A DNA stretch of 64,000 nucleotides from Azolla caroliniana (GCA_043228905.1 JBHGNT010000004.1:23746001-23810000), one strand, 5' to 3'. Counted from the first letter of the stretch, positions 48,199 to 61,500 are shown. Program-made: numbers and translations. Notes: a model not told the origin generated them from the letters alone.

Positions 48199-51100
48199 AG
48201 GCGGCAAGAGAGGATGGAGTCAGAAAATGATGACCTTGCGAAGATGGTGGCCGAAGTGGTGTTGGAGTCTGCACGAGTGGTGATGAGGAGACAAGCGGCG
48301 GTGCCGAGACCTTACACACACCGGTCCTAGAGGCTTCGGCGGTCGGCCCGAGTGCCGGCGTGAGTCCTAGAGTGTAGGGCGGCGGCGGCGGCAAGGCGGG
48401 CAACTGAGATGACGGCATGGAAGAGACGGCGGCAAGCGTAATCGAGGCTTGCACGATCGGAGGCGGGGTAGCCGCGGACAACGACGTCCGGACAGAGGCG
48501 TCCACAGACACAACAAGGAGAGGTGCCGGGTCCTTACCCACACCGGTCCTAGAGGCTCCGGCAATCGGCCCGAGTGCCGACGTGAGTCCTAGAGCGACGA
48601 GCGGTGGCGACGGCAAGGCGGGCAACCGAAACGACGACGAGGAAGGTCATAGCAGACAGAGGACCCCTCGACACCGAGGACTGGTTGGAAGTCGAACGAG
48701 TGTGCCGACGGTTGAACGAGGAGCAGTCCGCGAGCGGAAAGGGGAAGATGACGCGCGACAACGCTTCATCACAACAGGAAGTGGGCACGTGACGAGAAAA
48801 ATCGGGGAAGCTTGATGTCGAGATCTTGGTTCGGGAATCGTACGAGGCTCTGAAGGTGATGTTCGAAGAAGAAGAAAGATCTGGCACGCAGTCGGATTCC
48901 GGAGACCGAGTGCTAGTCGGCCTTCCGGACGAGGTGGACATGGCCCAGGCAGAGGCCGAGGGAGGGTACGATGGTACCACGGGAGAGGGTGAGGAGCAAG
49001 ATCCCCTCTCGACTTGCGGAGAATTCCCGACCGAGGACAAGGTCGGGAGCAGAGAAGAGCCCTCCACGCGGATTCCGGAGACTCCGGTGGTCAAGCCCGT
49101 GTGCCGACATGAGACCGGAGAGAAGGAACGCGCCGACGAGGAGTCCTGGCACGATGTCAGCGGAGAGGGATGGGAAATGGCCTGCGAGGAGGCCAAGGAC
49201 AGAGGCGGCACGGAAAGATCGGCATTCCGATTCGGATGAAGTGTGATCCGGATGTGGATGACTCGATCGAAACCGGCCCAAGGCGCGAAAGACCAAGGAC
49301 GGGCTATAGAGCCCGATCGGTAGGGCTCGGTTCGGTACAATAGTGTTGGCACGGAAGAGGGTGCGAAACAAATTGCCCTCTTCTACATGAGGACACAAGC
49401 CGGCCAGGCGAAGGCCGCAAATCAGGAAGCTAGCAATTGAGGTTGCAGAGAGAGACCGGTAGGTTTCAGGCACTGTTGCCCGAAACTTCGGACATTGGAG
49501 AATCAAGTGCAGGCGGCACTTGATCGATCGAAGTCCAAATGCTTCTCACCGAACGTGCTTGGGTAGCGGTACCCCGAACGAGCGTCCGCAAATCATTACG
49601 GGACGGAAACACCACGTCTTATCCGAAAACTTAGGCAGCCGGCAACGAGCGCCACCGTGAGACTTGGAGAGATGGGAGATGGAGGCGGGTACGCGAGAGG
49701 GAGGGCAAAGAGTTCAAAAGAAGCACAGGTGAGTGAGGATGAAAGCAACCAATCCTACGGGATCCCCACACCGACCCAGAGACTCCGGCAGTTCGGTCAA
49801 CGTGGCAACGTGACACCTAGAGAGAAGGACGGTGGCGGCGGGAAACGGGAACGACCAATGCGAACAGACCTGGACGATAACAGGGAGGACGTGTTTCCGG
49901 ATAACCAATCCGGAAGGAAGGAAATCGGTACGTCGGTACCACGGGAGAGGGTGCGGAGCAAACCGCCCTCTCGGCATGCGGAGAAGGATGACCCGGGACA
50001 GGGCCGGGAAGACAAATCGGAGGCCCAAGGAGGATCCTTCACACTAGATCTAGAGACTTCGGCAGTCGGCAACGCGGTCGACGTAAGACCAAGATACTGA
50101 CGGTGGCGGCGAGGGCACAAGGGCGGAAAACAGCGAAAGAGGAAGTCCCACGAAGACACTCACACCGATTCGGAGACTCCGACGGCAGGCTAGCGAGAGC
50201 CGGCGTGAGACCTAGGGAGATGGACGATGGCGGCAGGAGAATGTGATCGGACGACAGGAAGCGACGAATTGCAAGGAGGTATGAGGCCGGCGAGGCGGCT
50301 ACGGACCATTTCGGATCTTCCGGCAAGGTTAGTGGGCATAAGGAAGTCTGGTCCTACAGGATCCCCACACCGAACCAGAGACTCCGACAGTTTGGCCAAT
50401 GTGGCAACATGAGACCGAGAGACAAGGTTGGTGGCGGCGGGAAACGAGACCCGGCAACACGAAGGCGGGACCCGGCTACGCGGAAGACACGAGGAGAGCC
50501 ACGAAGGACTCCGACAAAAGACACCCGAATTTCGGCTAGCAGAGAAACGAAGTTAGATCCTATGAGACCCTCACACCGATTCGGAGACTCTTGCGGCCGA
50601 CTAACGGGAGTCGGCGTGAGACCTAGGGAGAAGGACGGTGGCGCCAGGGAACGGGACCCGACGACACGAGATATCGGTGTCGAATACATGTGTATAATGG
50701 ACGTATTCACACTATCCCGTTTTGGCCATTTATGTAATTAGCATAAAGGGTAGTTGCCCTAAGTCGGTCACTATATATATTGACCTTGTAACCTCTTTGT
50801 GAGGTTGGTTGTTGTATTCTTCTTTATGAAATAAAGACTCTTTTGTGTCTCTCTCTCTCTCTCTCTCTGTGCAACGACCTACTAACAGTCATACGCAGGG
50901 AATAAACAGGAATCGAGTGCTTCTAGATCTTCCGCACTGACGACGATGCCATCAACATCTGGTATCAGAGCCTGCACAGTAGTCGGTCCTTCAATCCGCT
51001 GTCGGCCGTCGTCTCTGCATTCGGTTTCCTGCGTCATTCGAAGAAAGAGAGAAGAAAGAAGAAAAACCAGGTTTGCATCTCATTGCGTTAGATCATTCTT

Positions 51101-53167
51101 GCTTGGAGTAAGCCATCAGGTCGTACTCTGTTCCCTGTGATCGTAACCGCTCGAGGTGAAATCCCCTTGTGCAACATTGACACGATCGTGCTCCATTCGG
51201 TTTAACGGCATCCGAAGAGGTAATCAAACGCCGCTCGTTGTAACCACTCGGTGCAGATCGGTCTCAAGACAACAACCCCAAATTCGTGCTTCATCTGGCT
51301 GATCGACATTCGAGAGGATCAGTTGGATCTACCTCTCTCGTCGCTGCAGTCAACCGAAGCAGAATCGGTCCAGATAATCGGTTTCAATAATCGGTATTCG
51401 GCATATATATCCGAAGCGAACCGGGCTCACTCCGACTCGGCAACATTCGGGAAGACCAGTCGGTTCTGTCCCTCAAGCTACCGAAGTCAATTCGAGCAAG
51501 TTCAACAATACATATATCCGAAGCCGAACCTACTCGGGTTCAAATCCGACTAGAACGATATCGGGTGAGCCAACCGGCTGCACTCCAACAAGGTTCACAG
51601 TCAACTCCGAACCGAGCTTCGTCAACCAAAACCGAATTTGATGGCATCAACATCCGGCTCGTCAGAAATGAGTCTACGAAAGTTCGATGGATCGAACTTC
51701 AACTTCTGGAAGGAGCAAATGCAGGACTATCTCATAGTCAAGGGACAAATCGATCCCATTGAAAATGAAGAACCTCCAGAAGGATACAAACCAATTGAGT
51801 GGCAGAAGCTGGACAGAATCGTCCGCGCCACGATTCGGATGCACCTATCGGAATCGGTATACTTTACGGTGCAATCGTGTACGACAACATTCGAACTATG
51901 GAAAACACTGTCGGACACTTACGAAAAGAAGGTCGCCGCAACGAAGATGTTTCTGATCCGGCGCCTCTACAACTTGCGGATGAAAGAATCCGATTCGGTT
52001 CAAGCACACCTCAATGAGTATGAAAGCATAAGCTCCCAAATCTCGTCATAGGGGACGGCAATCGAGGATGAACTCAGAGCAATGATACTCATGAGCAACC
52101 TTCCTTCATCATGGGAAACTTTCGTCACAACCGTGTGCAACGCGTCCACCACGGCTGTTAAATACTCCGAAGTCACGAGCGCAATCCTGACCGAAGCAGC
52201 TCGGAGAAAGTCTTTCGCCAAAGACTCAACAGACGACGCTTACGTAGTACAAGGTTCGACAGACCGATCGAACATACGAGGAAGAGATTCCTCACGACCG
52301 CCGAACAATCAGCGAAGACGGAGCCAGTCACGGGATAACCGAATCTGCAACTATTGCAAGAAACCCGGACACATCAAAGCCGACTGCCGCGCACTCAAGA
52401 ACAAGAACAACAAGAAGAGTGGCCGGCATGAGGAGATCAATTACGTCAGCTTCTCAGCTGATGTACTACCGGACGACCCGAATATACTATCAATCGAAAA
52501 TCCAGTCGAATCAGAAGTTCTGCTCACGACTGAAGAATCGAGCACATGGCTCTTGGATTCGGGTGCGTCATTTCATGTGACTCCTCATCGGTCCCAATTT
52601 CGGCAATATACGATCCGTCACTCCGACTCAGTTAGGGTCGGCAACTCACAACACTGTGACATCATCGGAATCGGCACAGTAGAGCTCAACCTTGCAGGTG
52701 GCTCTACACTTGTACTCCACAATGTCCGACATGTACCCGAGCTCTCAAGGCCATTGATCTCAGTCGGACAACTCGATGAAGACGGCATTCGTGCCGGTTT
52801 TTCTTCGGGAGGGTGGACACTCCACAGGGGGAACCTCCTGCTTGCTAGAGGACCCAAGATACACTCATTGTATCCGTTACATGTTACGCTCAGAGAGGGT
52901 AACCTGTTTTTGGTGGATATTCCTGTGTCATCATTATGGCACCGAAGACTGGGACACCTCAGCAAGGCCGGCATCACGCACCTATCTAGAGCCGGATACA
53001 TCCCCAAACTCTCCTTCTCGGACCATCAATTTTGCGAGCATTGCCAGTATGGCAAACAAGCAAGTACTCTGCGTTGATACCACTGACGAGACCTCTCGAT
53101 TTGGTCCACTCGGACGTCTGTGGCCCAATGCCGCATCAGTCTCTCGGCGGTGCCTCTTACTTCGTCA

Positions 53168-53267
53168 NNNNNNNNNNNNNNNNNNNNNNNNNNNNNNNNN
53201 NNNNNNNNNNNNNNNNNNNNNNNNNNNNNNNNNNNNNNNNNNNNNNNNNNNNNNNNNNNNNNNNNNN
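53168..53267. other. Assembly gap (100 N)
   Basis: Run of n characters. Confidence 0.99.
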
Positions 53268-53999
53268 ACTCGGTTCGGAGTTGACTGTGAACCTTGTTGG
53301 AGTGCAGCCGGTTGGCTCACCCGATATCGTTCTAGTCGGATTTGAACCCGAGTAGGTTCGGCTTCGGATATATGTATTGTTGAACTTGCTCGAATTGACT
53401 TCGGTAGCTTGAGGGACAGAACCGACTGGTCTTCCCGAATGTTGCCGAGTCGGAGTGAGCCCGGTTCGCTTCGGATATATATGCCGAATACCGATTATCT
53501 TGACCGATTCTGCTTCGGTTGACTGCAGCGACGAGAGAGACGGATCCAACTGGTCCTCTCGAATGTCGATCAGCCAGATGAAGCACGAATTTGGGGTTGT
53601 TGTCTTGAGACCGATCTGCACCGAGTGGTTACAACGAGCGGCGTTTGATTACCTCTTCGGATGCCGTTAAACCGAATGGAGCACGATCGTGTCAATGTTG
53701 CACAAGGGGATTTCACCTCGAGCGGTTACGATCACAGGGAACAGAGTACGACCTGATGGCTTACTCCAAGCAAGAATGATCTAACGCGATGAGATGCAAA
53801 CCTGGTTTTTCTTCTTTCTTCTCTCTTTCTTCGAATGACGCAGGAAACCGAATGCAGAGACGACGGCCGACAGCGGATTGAAGGACCGACTACTGTGCAG
53901 GCTCTGATACCAGATGTTGGAAGCAATGTCGTCAATGCGGAAGATCTAGAAGCACTCGATTCCTGTTTATTCCCTGCGTATGACTGTTAGTAGGTCGTT

Positions 54000-54033
<34 letters not shown>

Positions 54034-54202
54034 ACAAAAGAGTCTTTATTTCATAAAGAAGAATACAACAACCAACCTCACAAAGAGGTTACAAGGTCAC
54101 TATATATAGTGACCGACTTAGGGCAACTACCCTTTATGCTAATTACATAAATGGCCAAAACGGGATAGTGTGAATACGTCCATTATACACATGTATTCGA
54201 CA
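53268..54202 (-). mobile_element. 5' end of a third same-family copia in antisense (5' LTR 53915-54202, PBS 53901-53912, 5' UTR); remainder lost in the gap
   Basis: Reverse complement of LTR+PBS+leader; LTR differs from element 2 LTRs (ends ..ATTGCTTCCAACA); host resumes at ATACACTCACTG (54203). Confidence 0.88.
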
Positions 54203-57200
54203 ATACACTCACTGTATCCGTTACATGTTACGCTCAGAGAGGGTAACCTGTTTTTGGTGGATATTCCTGTGTCATCATTATGGCACCGAAGACTGGGACA
54301 CCTCAGCAAGGCCGGCATCACGCACCTATCTAGAGCCGGATACATCCCAAACTCTCCTTCTCGGACCATCAATTTTGCGAGCATTGCCAGTATGGCAAAC
54401 AAGCAGCCGCATCACACCCGACATCAGCATCAAGAGAAACGAGACCTCTCGATTTGGTCCACTCGGACGTCTGTGGCCCAATGCCGCATCAGTCTCTCGG
54501 CGGTGCCTCTTACTTCGTCACCTTTATTGACGATTCGACTCGAAAGGTGTGGGCTTATCCAATTCGCACCAAAGATCGGGTCTTCTCGATCCTCACCGAT
54601 TGGCTCGCTATGGTAGAAAATCAAACCGACCGAAAGTTGAAATGCCTTCGGACCGACAATGGGGGAGAGTTCAAATCAGAAGAATTCGTCAAATTCTGCC
54701 GACAACGCGGCATCCGACGTGAATTTACGGCACCACACAGTCCGGAGCAAAACGGGATTGCAGAGCGAATGAATCGGACAATCCAAGAACGGATAGTTTC
54801 CCATGCTCCAACACTCCGGACTGTCGGATGGCTTCTGGGCAGAGGCTCTACTCACGGCAGTACACATAATCAATATGTCGCCAAGTAGACCTCTAGGACT
54901 TCAAATTCCTCAGGAACTATGGATCGGCAGTAAGCCGAATTACGACAAGCTGAGGATCTTCGGATGCGAGGCGTATGCCCTTATTCCGAAAGATGATCGC
55001 CGAAAACTTGCACCTCGGTCCAGGAAATGCATTTTCCTTGGATATGGATCCGACGGCGAAATGGGATACCGACTCTGGGACCCCGAACGCAGACAAATCG
55101 TTCGAAGTTCGGACGTTGTGTTCAACGAGTCGGCTATGAATCCATCAGTCGAAAAACCGATCGAAGTCCGAAGGGTAACATTTTCCGATGTGCCGACCCT
55201 TCAAGAAGGCCCCGCTCTCAACACACGGTCAGCTTCACGGGTAGCTGAACCTTACACTACCGACTCGGACAACTCTGACTCGGCACAGCCGAATGATTCG
55301 GTTTCGGACCATCCGACCTCGATACCCGATGCGACCAGTCCAATCCTACTTCGACGATCCGAGAGACTGTCGCAACCTCCGGAGAGATATTCTCCTGAAA
55401 TTTTCTTCACCGACGCCGGCGAACCGACGTCTTACGAAGAAGCATCGACATCTGTCGATTCAGCCACCTGGCATCTGGCGATGGAGTCGGAAATGCACTC
55501 CATTCGGGCAAACAAGACTTGGGATCTGGTCGAATTACCTAGGAACCGACGTGCTCTTCCTTGCAAGTGGGTCTATCGACTAAAAGAGACGTCTGATTCG
55601 ACCACCCCAAAGTACAAGGCCAGATTAGTTGCGAAGGGCTTCCGACAAGAATATGGCGTCGACTTCGACGAGATTTTTTCACCAGTGGTGAAAATGACAA
55701 CCCTTCGTTTCCTACTCGGCGTAGTGGCAGCCGACAACTTGGAGCTGATTCAGCTAGATGTCAAAACAGCCTTCCTCCATGGTGATCTCGAGGAGGAAAT
55801 TTATATGGAGCAGCCAAAAGGCTTCGTGGCCACCGGCCAAGAACATCTAGTCTGCCGACTCAGGAAGAGTCTATACGGCCTCAAACAGGCACCACGACAA
55901 TGGTACAAGAAGTTCGACGACTTCATCCAATCGATCGGCTTCTCCAAAAGCGATGAGGATCATTGTCTCTTCACCAACACAGCTCAAGATGGATCACCCA
56001 TCTTCCTCATCATCTACGTGGACGACATGCTAATTTCTGGACGCCACGCGGGCGAACTTGCCGATCTCGTTCGGCAACTGCGGTTGAAGTTTGCCATGAA
56101 GGACCTCGGTCCGGCACGACACATCCTTGGCATGAAGATTAGTCGGCATCGCGATAAACGACATCTTTTTTTGTCTCAGACCGACTATATCGGACGTGTC
56201 TTGGCACGCTTCAACATGCAATCAGCCAAATCTGCTTCAACCCCGCTCCCTATGAATCTTCGGCTCTCTCAGCGAGACTGCCCGACATCCGGTTCGGAGG
56301 GGGAAGATATGAAGTCGGTACCGTATGCACCGGCAGTCGGCTCCCTTATGTACCTGATGGTCGTGACACGGCCTGATATATCTCATGCCGTAGGAGTCGT
56401 CAGCAGATTTATGCACAATCCTGGCCGATCGCATTGGAACGCAGTCAAGCATGTGTTCAGATATCTGGCTGGCACAAAAGATCACGGCATTCTTTTCGGT
56501 CCGAACCGAACCTCAGGCGTAGTCGGTTACACCGACTCGGATTTCGCCGGCTGTATAGACAGTCGGAAATCAACAACCGGATACTGCTTCAAATTCGGCA
56601 ATGGAGCAATCTCGTGGAAGTCGAAACTTCAGGAGTGCACAGCGACCTCAACGACCGAAGCAGAATATGTAGCTGCGTCCGACGCAGCAAAAGAAGCTTT
56701 GTGGCTCGGTCGGCTGGCACACACGTTTCGACAAGTCGAACATGACTCGGCTCCAGTTGTCTACAGCGACAGTCAAGGTGCTGTTGCCTTGTCGAAAAAT
56801 CCGGTTCACCACAACGCCTCCAAACATATCGACGTTCGATATCACTTCGTTCGGGACTGCGTCATTTCAGGGAAAATCGGTCTAAAGAAAATATCCACAA
56901 CCGATAATGTCGGAGATGGAATGACCAAGTGTCTTTCGGCAGACCGTTTTCGGTCTCTTCGGCATCAGATGGGCGTAACGACAAACCAGTCCGGTTAGAG
57001 CCGGACACAGAGCAGGATGGTTCCCGACAACCGACATCAGTTCCTTAATGATCGGCTTCAACTGTTCCGACCCGACCAGTTCGGTCTTCTGCCTTCGGAC
57101 CCTGCCGACTCGAACAAATCTGATATGTCCGAGAACCTAAGTCTATACCTGTAATCTTAGATAACCCATGTATACGCCCATTACGGGGGAGTGTCGAATA

Positions 57201-58526
57201 CATGTGTATAATGGACGTATTCACACTATCCCGTTTTGGCCATTTATGTAATTAGCATAAAGGGTAGTTGCCCTAAGTCGGTCACTATATATATTGACCT
57301 TGTAACCTCTTTGTGAGGTTGGTTGTTGTATTCTTCTTTATGAAATAAAGACTCTTTTGTGTCTCTCTCTCTCTCTCTCTCTGTGCAACGACCTACTAAC
57401 AGTCATACGCAGGGAATAAACAGGAATCGAGTGCTTCTAGATCTTCCGCACTGACGACGATGCCATCAACAATCGGATCGGGAGTTGGTAAGACGGGGGA
57501 CGAAGTGCGAAACCCTTACCGGCCGGTTACAGTTTCAGAAGGAGCCGGTAGGGGCAAACACGGGGAGGTGTGTCGGGCCGGAAAGGCACACTTGTGATGG
57601 AACAAGAGTCTCGCAAGTGGCCATCGCGGGCCGGATCGAAGCGTGACTACGGGACGATGTTCGGCACGGTGTCTAGATATTACGCAAGTGCGTGAGGAAA
57701 CGAGGCGGGACCGCGGGGGTCTCGAACCAAAGAGCAAGCGAGGGAGGAGAAAGAGGGAGAACCGGCTACGCAGGACCGGGGATGCACAGGGACACGGCCC
57801 TTCAGCACAGAGAACGCGAACAGACACCGACACAGACAGATGCGAATGACTAAATATGTATATTAAGAAAAATGGCTAGCACGACTACAACCCCCGATGG
57901 GGCACAGGTTGGTTACAACCGAACAGGCCGGCGAACAGATGCCGATGCCTGTTCGCTTCGACGCACAAAAGGGGGGTAGCAGGTCGGAGGTGCTGCCGGA
58001 AGCACTCGGGCGTTCCTCGAAACAGCGCGAGCCTCCTCGGAACCCTGCACAGAAAGCTATGGAGCTCAAGAAGGAAGGAAACAGAGAGAGAAGCGTCCAG
58101 AAACGGTCCGACAGCACTTCGTCCTCTCTGCGCGAGATGCCCGCAACAGCTCTTTCCTGCTCTTATATAGGCCGACGAGCAGGCCGTCGTGTCAGCTTTA
58201 TTCCCTGTCCCTTTCGAACAGGGATCCGCTCCGTTTTTCACGCATCCGCGTAGTTACGCCGCCGACTCGTACAGTTCGCGCGCGCGACCGAAAAGACTGT
58301 TCGCGCGGTCTTTGTCTCCACTCGTGTTAGGGCCCGTTCCTGCCAATTATCCTCCTAATTCGCTTCTATGTACAACTTGGAGCGTGCGCGCGTGAAGAAC
58401 CGGTTCCCACGCCTTGGTGCGCCGATTCCGCTTATGGACGGTTTTCTTCACGACATCCGCCCCCACCTAACCGCGCATCCTCCGGTATGCGCCAAGAGAG
58501 TTGGGACGGAGAAAACCGGCCCGTCT

Positions 58527-61500
58527 TCATTCCTCGCCCGTCGGTTCTTCCTCGTTTTCGGATCGTTCGTCACTGCTGACCGGGAGAGCCGGGTCTGGCT
58601 CGTCGTCGTGTCGCTTCTTGAACGCTTTGATCCGCTTCCCTGCAACCGGTATCGCCATTCTCGTGCCGTCGAGTTCCGCCAGGTGATATGTCCCGTTGTC
58701 ATTGGCGCCCCGTACCACGTAAGGCCCGAACCACCTTCGTGCGAACTTCCGTGTAGCTCGGTGCTGGTTGTCGAGGCTGCTGTCGTAGACGAGCACCCAG
58801 TCACCTTCTTCGATTTTCTTCGGTCGGAGCCGGTGCGTTCGGTCGAACCTGGCTTTGTTCTTTTTCCTCGCCACCCGGAGCTTCTTCGCAGCCAGTTCCA
58901 CGTCCTCCGGTCTCCGCTCGAGCTGTCGTATGCGCGCGGCCAACAACTCCTCCCGGCTCATCTCGTCCCTCCAGTCGACCGTTGCCCACGAGGAGATCGT
59001 CCGTTCCATCGGCATGATCGGCTTCTGGCCGAACATGAGCTCCGTCGGCATGTACCCGGTTACCGAACTGTGCGTGGTCCGGTCTGCCCACAGAGCATAA
59101 GGTAGCAGCCGCGGCCAGTTACCGACTCGGCCTCCGCATGCCCGAACCAACGCCTTGACGATCGGTCCGTGTCCGCGCTCCACCTTTCCATTCGCCTCCG
59201 GATTGTACGCAGTGGTGAGCGAGAGCTTGACTCCCAGCCGGTCGAACAGCTCCGCGGCTTCTTCGGCGTCCAACTCCCCTCGGTCAGCCACGATCTTCCC
59301 GACGCACCCGTACCGGCATATCACGTCCTCGATTAGGAACCGCCATACGGCCGCGGTCGTTTTGTTCGGAAGGGCCCGGCCTTCCACCTGGTTCGTCAGA
59401 TCCTCCCGCGCTAGGACCAGGTACCGCATCTGTCCTACCCCTATTGGCATCGTCACCAGATCTACCATCCATTTGAAGTGGATGGTCGGAGGGTACGTGG
59501 GGTGAAGCTCGTCCCGATGTCGGACTATGGAGTGCATCTGACAGCTCTCGCAAGTTGTCACGAACCGATGCACGTCCTGGTACTGCCCCGGCCACCAATA
59601 CTTCCCCTTCAGTTTCTCAAACGTAGCCCATGTCCCACGGTGTCCAGCCCAAGGGCTGTCGTGGTAGGCCGTCAGCAGCTCCTCCTGTTCTTCCTTCATC
59701 GCCACCACCCGGAGCGGAGCGCCGTCCCTCTTCTTCGGGTGCTTCCATAGATAGCCATCCCGGAGAAAGAACCGGTACGCTTTCTTCCGGATCCGGTTGG
59801 CCTCGTCCTTCGTCCATGACGCATCGGGCGTCATTGTCTTCAAAAACCCACCGATCTGCAGCCACTCCCCGTCGTACTTGCTCGCGTCGAAGTCGTTAAG
59901 CGCCGGAGTGCTTGTTCCGTCGGTTGTTACATACGCAGTCTCGAAGAAGTCCACGCCGACCTCTTCGTCCTCCGAAACCATGCCACCCTCGTCATCGAAT
60001 CTCGCCCTTGAAAGCATGTCGGCCATGGCGTTGTCTTTCCCGGAAATGTGTCGTATTTCCGGGTCCAGGGACTTGATGTACGCTATCCACCTGAGCATTG
60101 CCAGGTCCGGCGTCGCGCATCTGGAAACCATGCCGAGAATCGGCATGCAATCCGTCTCTATGATTACCTCCGTCCCGATCAGATAGTCCTTGTCGGCCTT
60201 CACCGCCGAAACGATACCCCAGAGTTCGCGTTTAACCTGGGCGTATCCTCGCTGCCGTTCGCTGAGGACCTTCGCGCCGAATCGGATCGGAAACCGATTG
60301 CCGTCCTCGTCTTCTTGGTTGACGACCCACCCGATTCCGGTCGGACTCGTGTCAACCGTTATGTACCCTGGGGTGCCCTTCCTGTAGACGGCCTTTCGGA
60401 GCGCCGGTGCTGCCGAAAGAGCCTCCTTCAGCTTCCGGACCGACTCCGTGTGCTTGTCTAGCCATTCGAATCTTCGCCCTTTCTTCAATAATCCGTACAG
60501 CGGCTCCGCGACGTGCGCGTAATGCGGGATCCATATGTGGTAGAAGGCGCATGCCCCCAAGAATCTTCGTACTTCCGTGACCGAGCTGCAATCAGGCTTC
60601 ATCGCGGAGATGGCTTCTATCTTTGCCGGAGACGGTCTCCGGCCATATGGTTCACATAAATGTCCGACCACCATGATTTCCGACTGCCCGAAGGCTGACT
60701 TCTCCCCCGAGAAGGTGAGCCTCGCATCCTCTAGCCTTTGCAGCACCTTCTCGCAGTCGTCGATGTGCGTTACCACGAATCGCCGGCATCCGTCCGGCCC
60801 GATCGTCTCGTCCTTCTCTTCTACCGGGCATCCCTTGATCGGGATGTCGTCTAGAAACGGCATGGTGATGTCCGGGATGCAGTCCCTCAGCACCTTGTTC
60901 ATTGCATTCACCATGTGGGCCACCGAGTTGGTCCCTCCTTGCGGCAGCGTACACATCCGCACTAGGCCGAGGGGAGTTCGCATCGTCGTAATGTCTCTGC
61001 TCTCCACGGCTAGCTGGAACTGGTCGTACCCTGAATATAGATCACCGACCGAGTAAATCGACCTTCCGGCGAAGGCCTCTGCGAACTCGTCTATGGTCGG
61101 TCCGATCCCTGCGTTCCGAATGGTCACCCTATTGACCGGTTGCAGGTCCTGAATGAAGCGCAATGATCCGTTTTTCTTTGGTACCGTAAACCACCGGTTC
61201 GAGTACGGGGCGCTCGACGGCTCGAGAATGCCCATACCAACTTTCTGCTTCAACAGCTCCATCAACTTCGGGATGTGAGCTCTTGGAACCGGAATTGGCT
61301 TGAGATTCCACGGTACATGCGGTACCGTGAATATCACCATCGGCTCTACGATCGTCGGGTCTACGCACCCGATTTCCTCCGGTGAGAATGCGAAGGCTTT
61401 CCCGTGCCTTCCGAGCATCCTCCGAAACCGGTCTTCCTCCACCGGCAGTAGGAACCCGCCCCCACCGATCTTCAGCTCGCGGAGCGTCTCGTTGGTGAAG

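Larger units (their letters stand above)
51641..56998 (+). pseudogene. Copia gag-pol of element 2, interrupted (CAG>TAG at 52049-52051, gap and nested insertion, 1-bp indels near 54347 and 54801); RT-RH frame 54803-56998 open
   Basis: ORF track 51638..52051, 52082..53077, 54454..54888 and 54803..56998 collinear with element 1. Confidence 0.88.
50678..57471 (+). mobile_element. Ty1/copia element 2 (same family as element 1), full-length frame with 280-bp LTRs 50678-50957 and 57192-57471
   Basis: TSD ATCGG (50673-50677 / 57472-57476); LTRs appear identical by eye; PBS-Met 50960-50971; PPT 57185-57191. Confidence 0.97.
46885..57669 (+). mobile_element. LTR element A (tRNA-Trp primed, gypsy-type LTR): 5' LTR 46885-48176 and GC-rich internal region 48199-50677 plus 57477-57669, interrupted by nested insertions; 3' part outside the window
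   Basis: LTR starts TGTCGTGAAGA, ends CGCGACA (~761 bp after removing LTR B), contains CTATAAAAGG and is followed by a PBS. The LTR shares start and end motifs with LTRs B and C. Confidence 0.8.

Noticed and set aside
48214-49323. Apparent long + strand pseudo-ORF after the Trp PBS, and 197-267 aa minus-strand ORFs
   Set aside because: No recognisable domain; several stops are part of the conserved DNA motif; GC-rich, purine-skewed sequence gives long ORFs by chance.
48317-50650. Repeat-spacer array as CRISPR or hammerhead retrozyme
   Set aside because: Eukaryotic context, long degenerate repeats, irregular spacers, no cas genes; I saw no CUGANGA/GAAA hammerhead core in the motif.
52864-53167. 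Apparent duplication of 54208-54519 with a 23-bp filler at 53063-53085
   Set aside because: Abuts the 100-N gap; most likely contig read-through from a paralogous copy or a low-quality end.
54340-54805. 1-bp indels in element 2 integrase as programmed frameshifts
   Set aside because: They lie in C homopolymers and are absent from sibling copies; mutation or consensus error.
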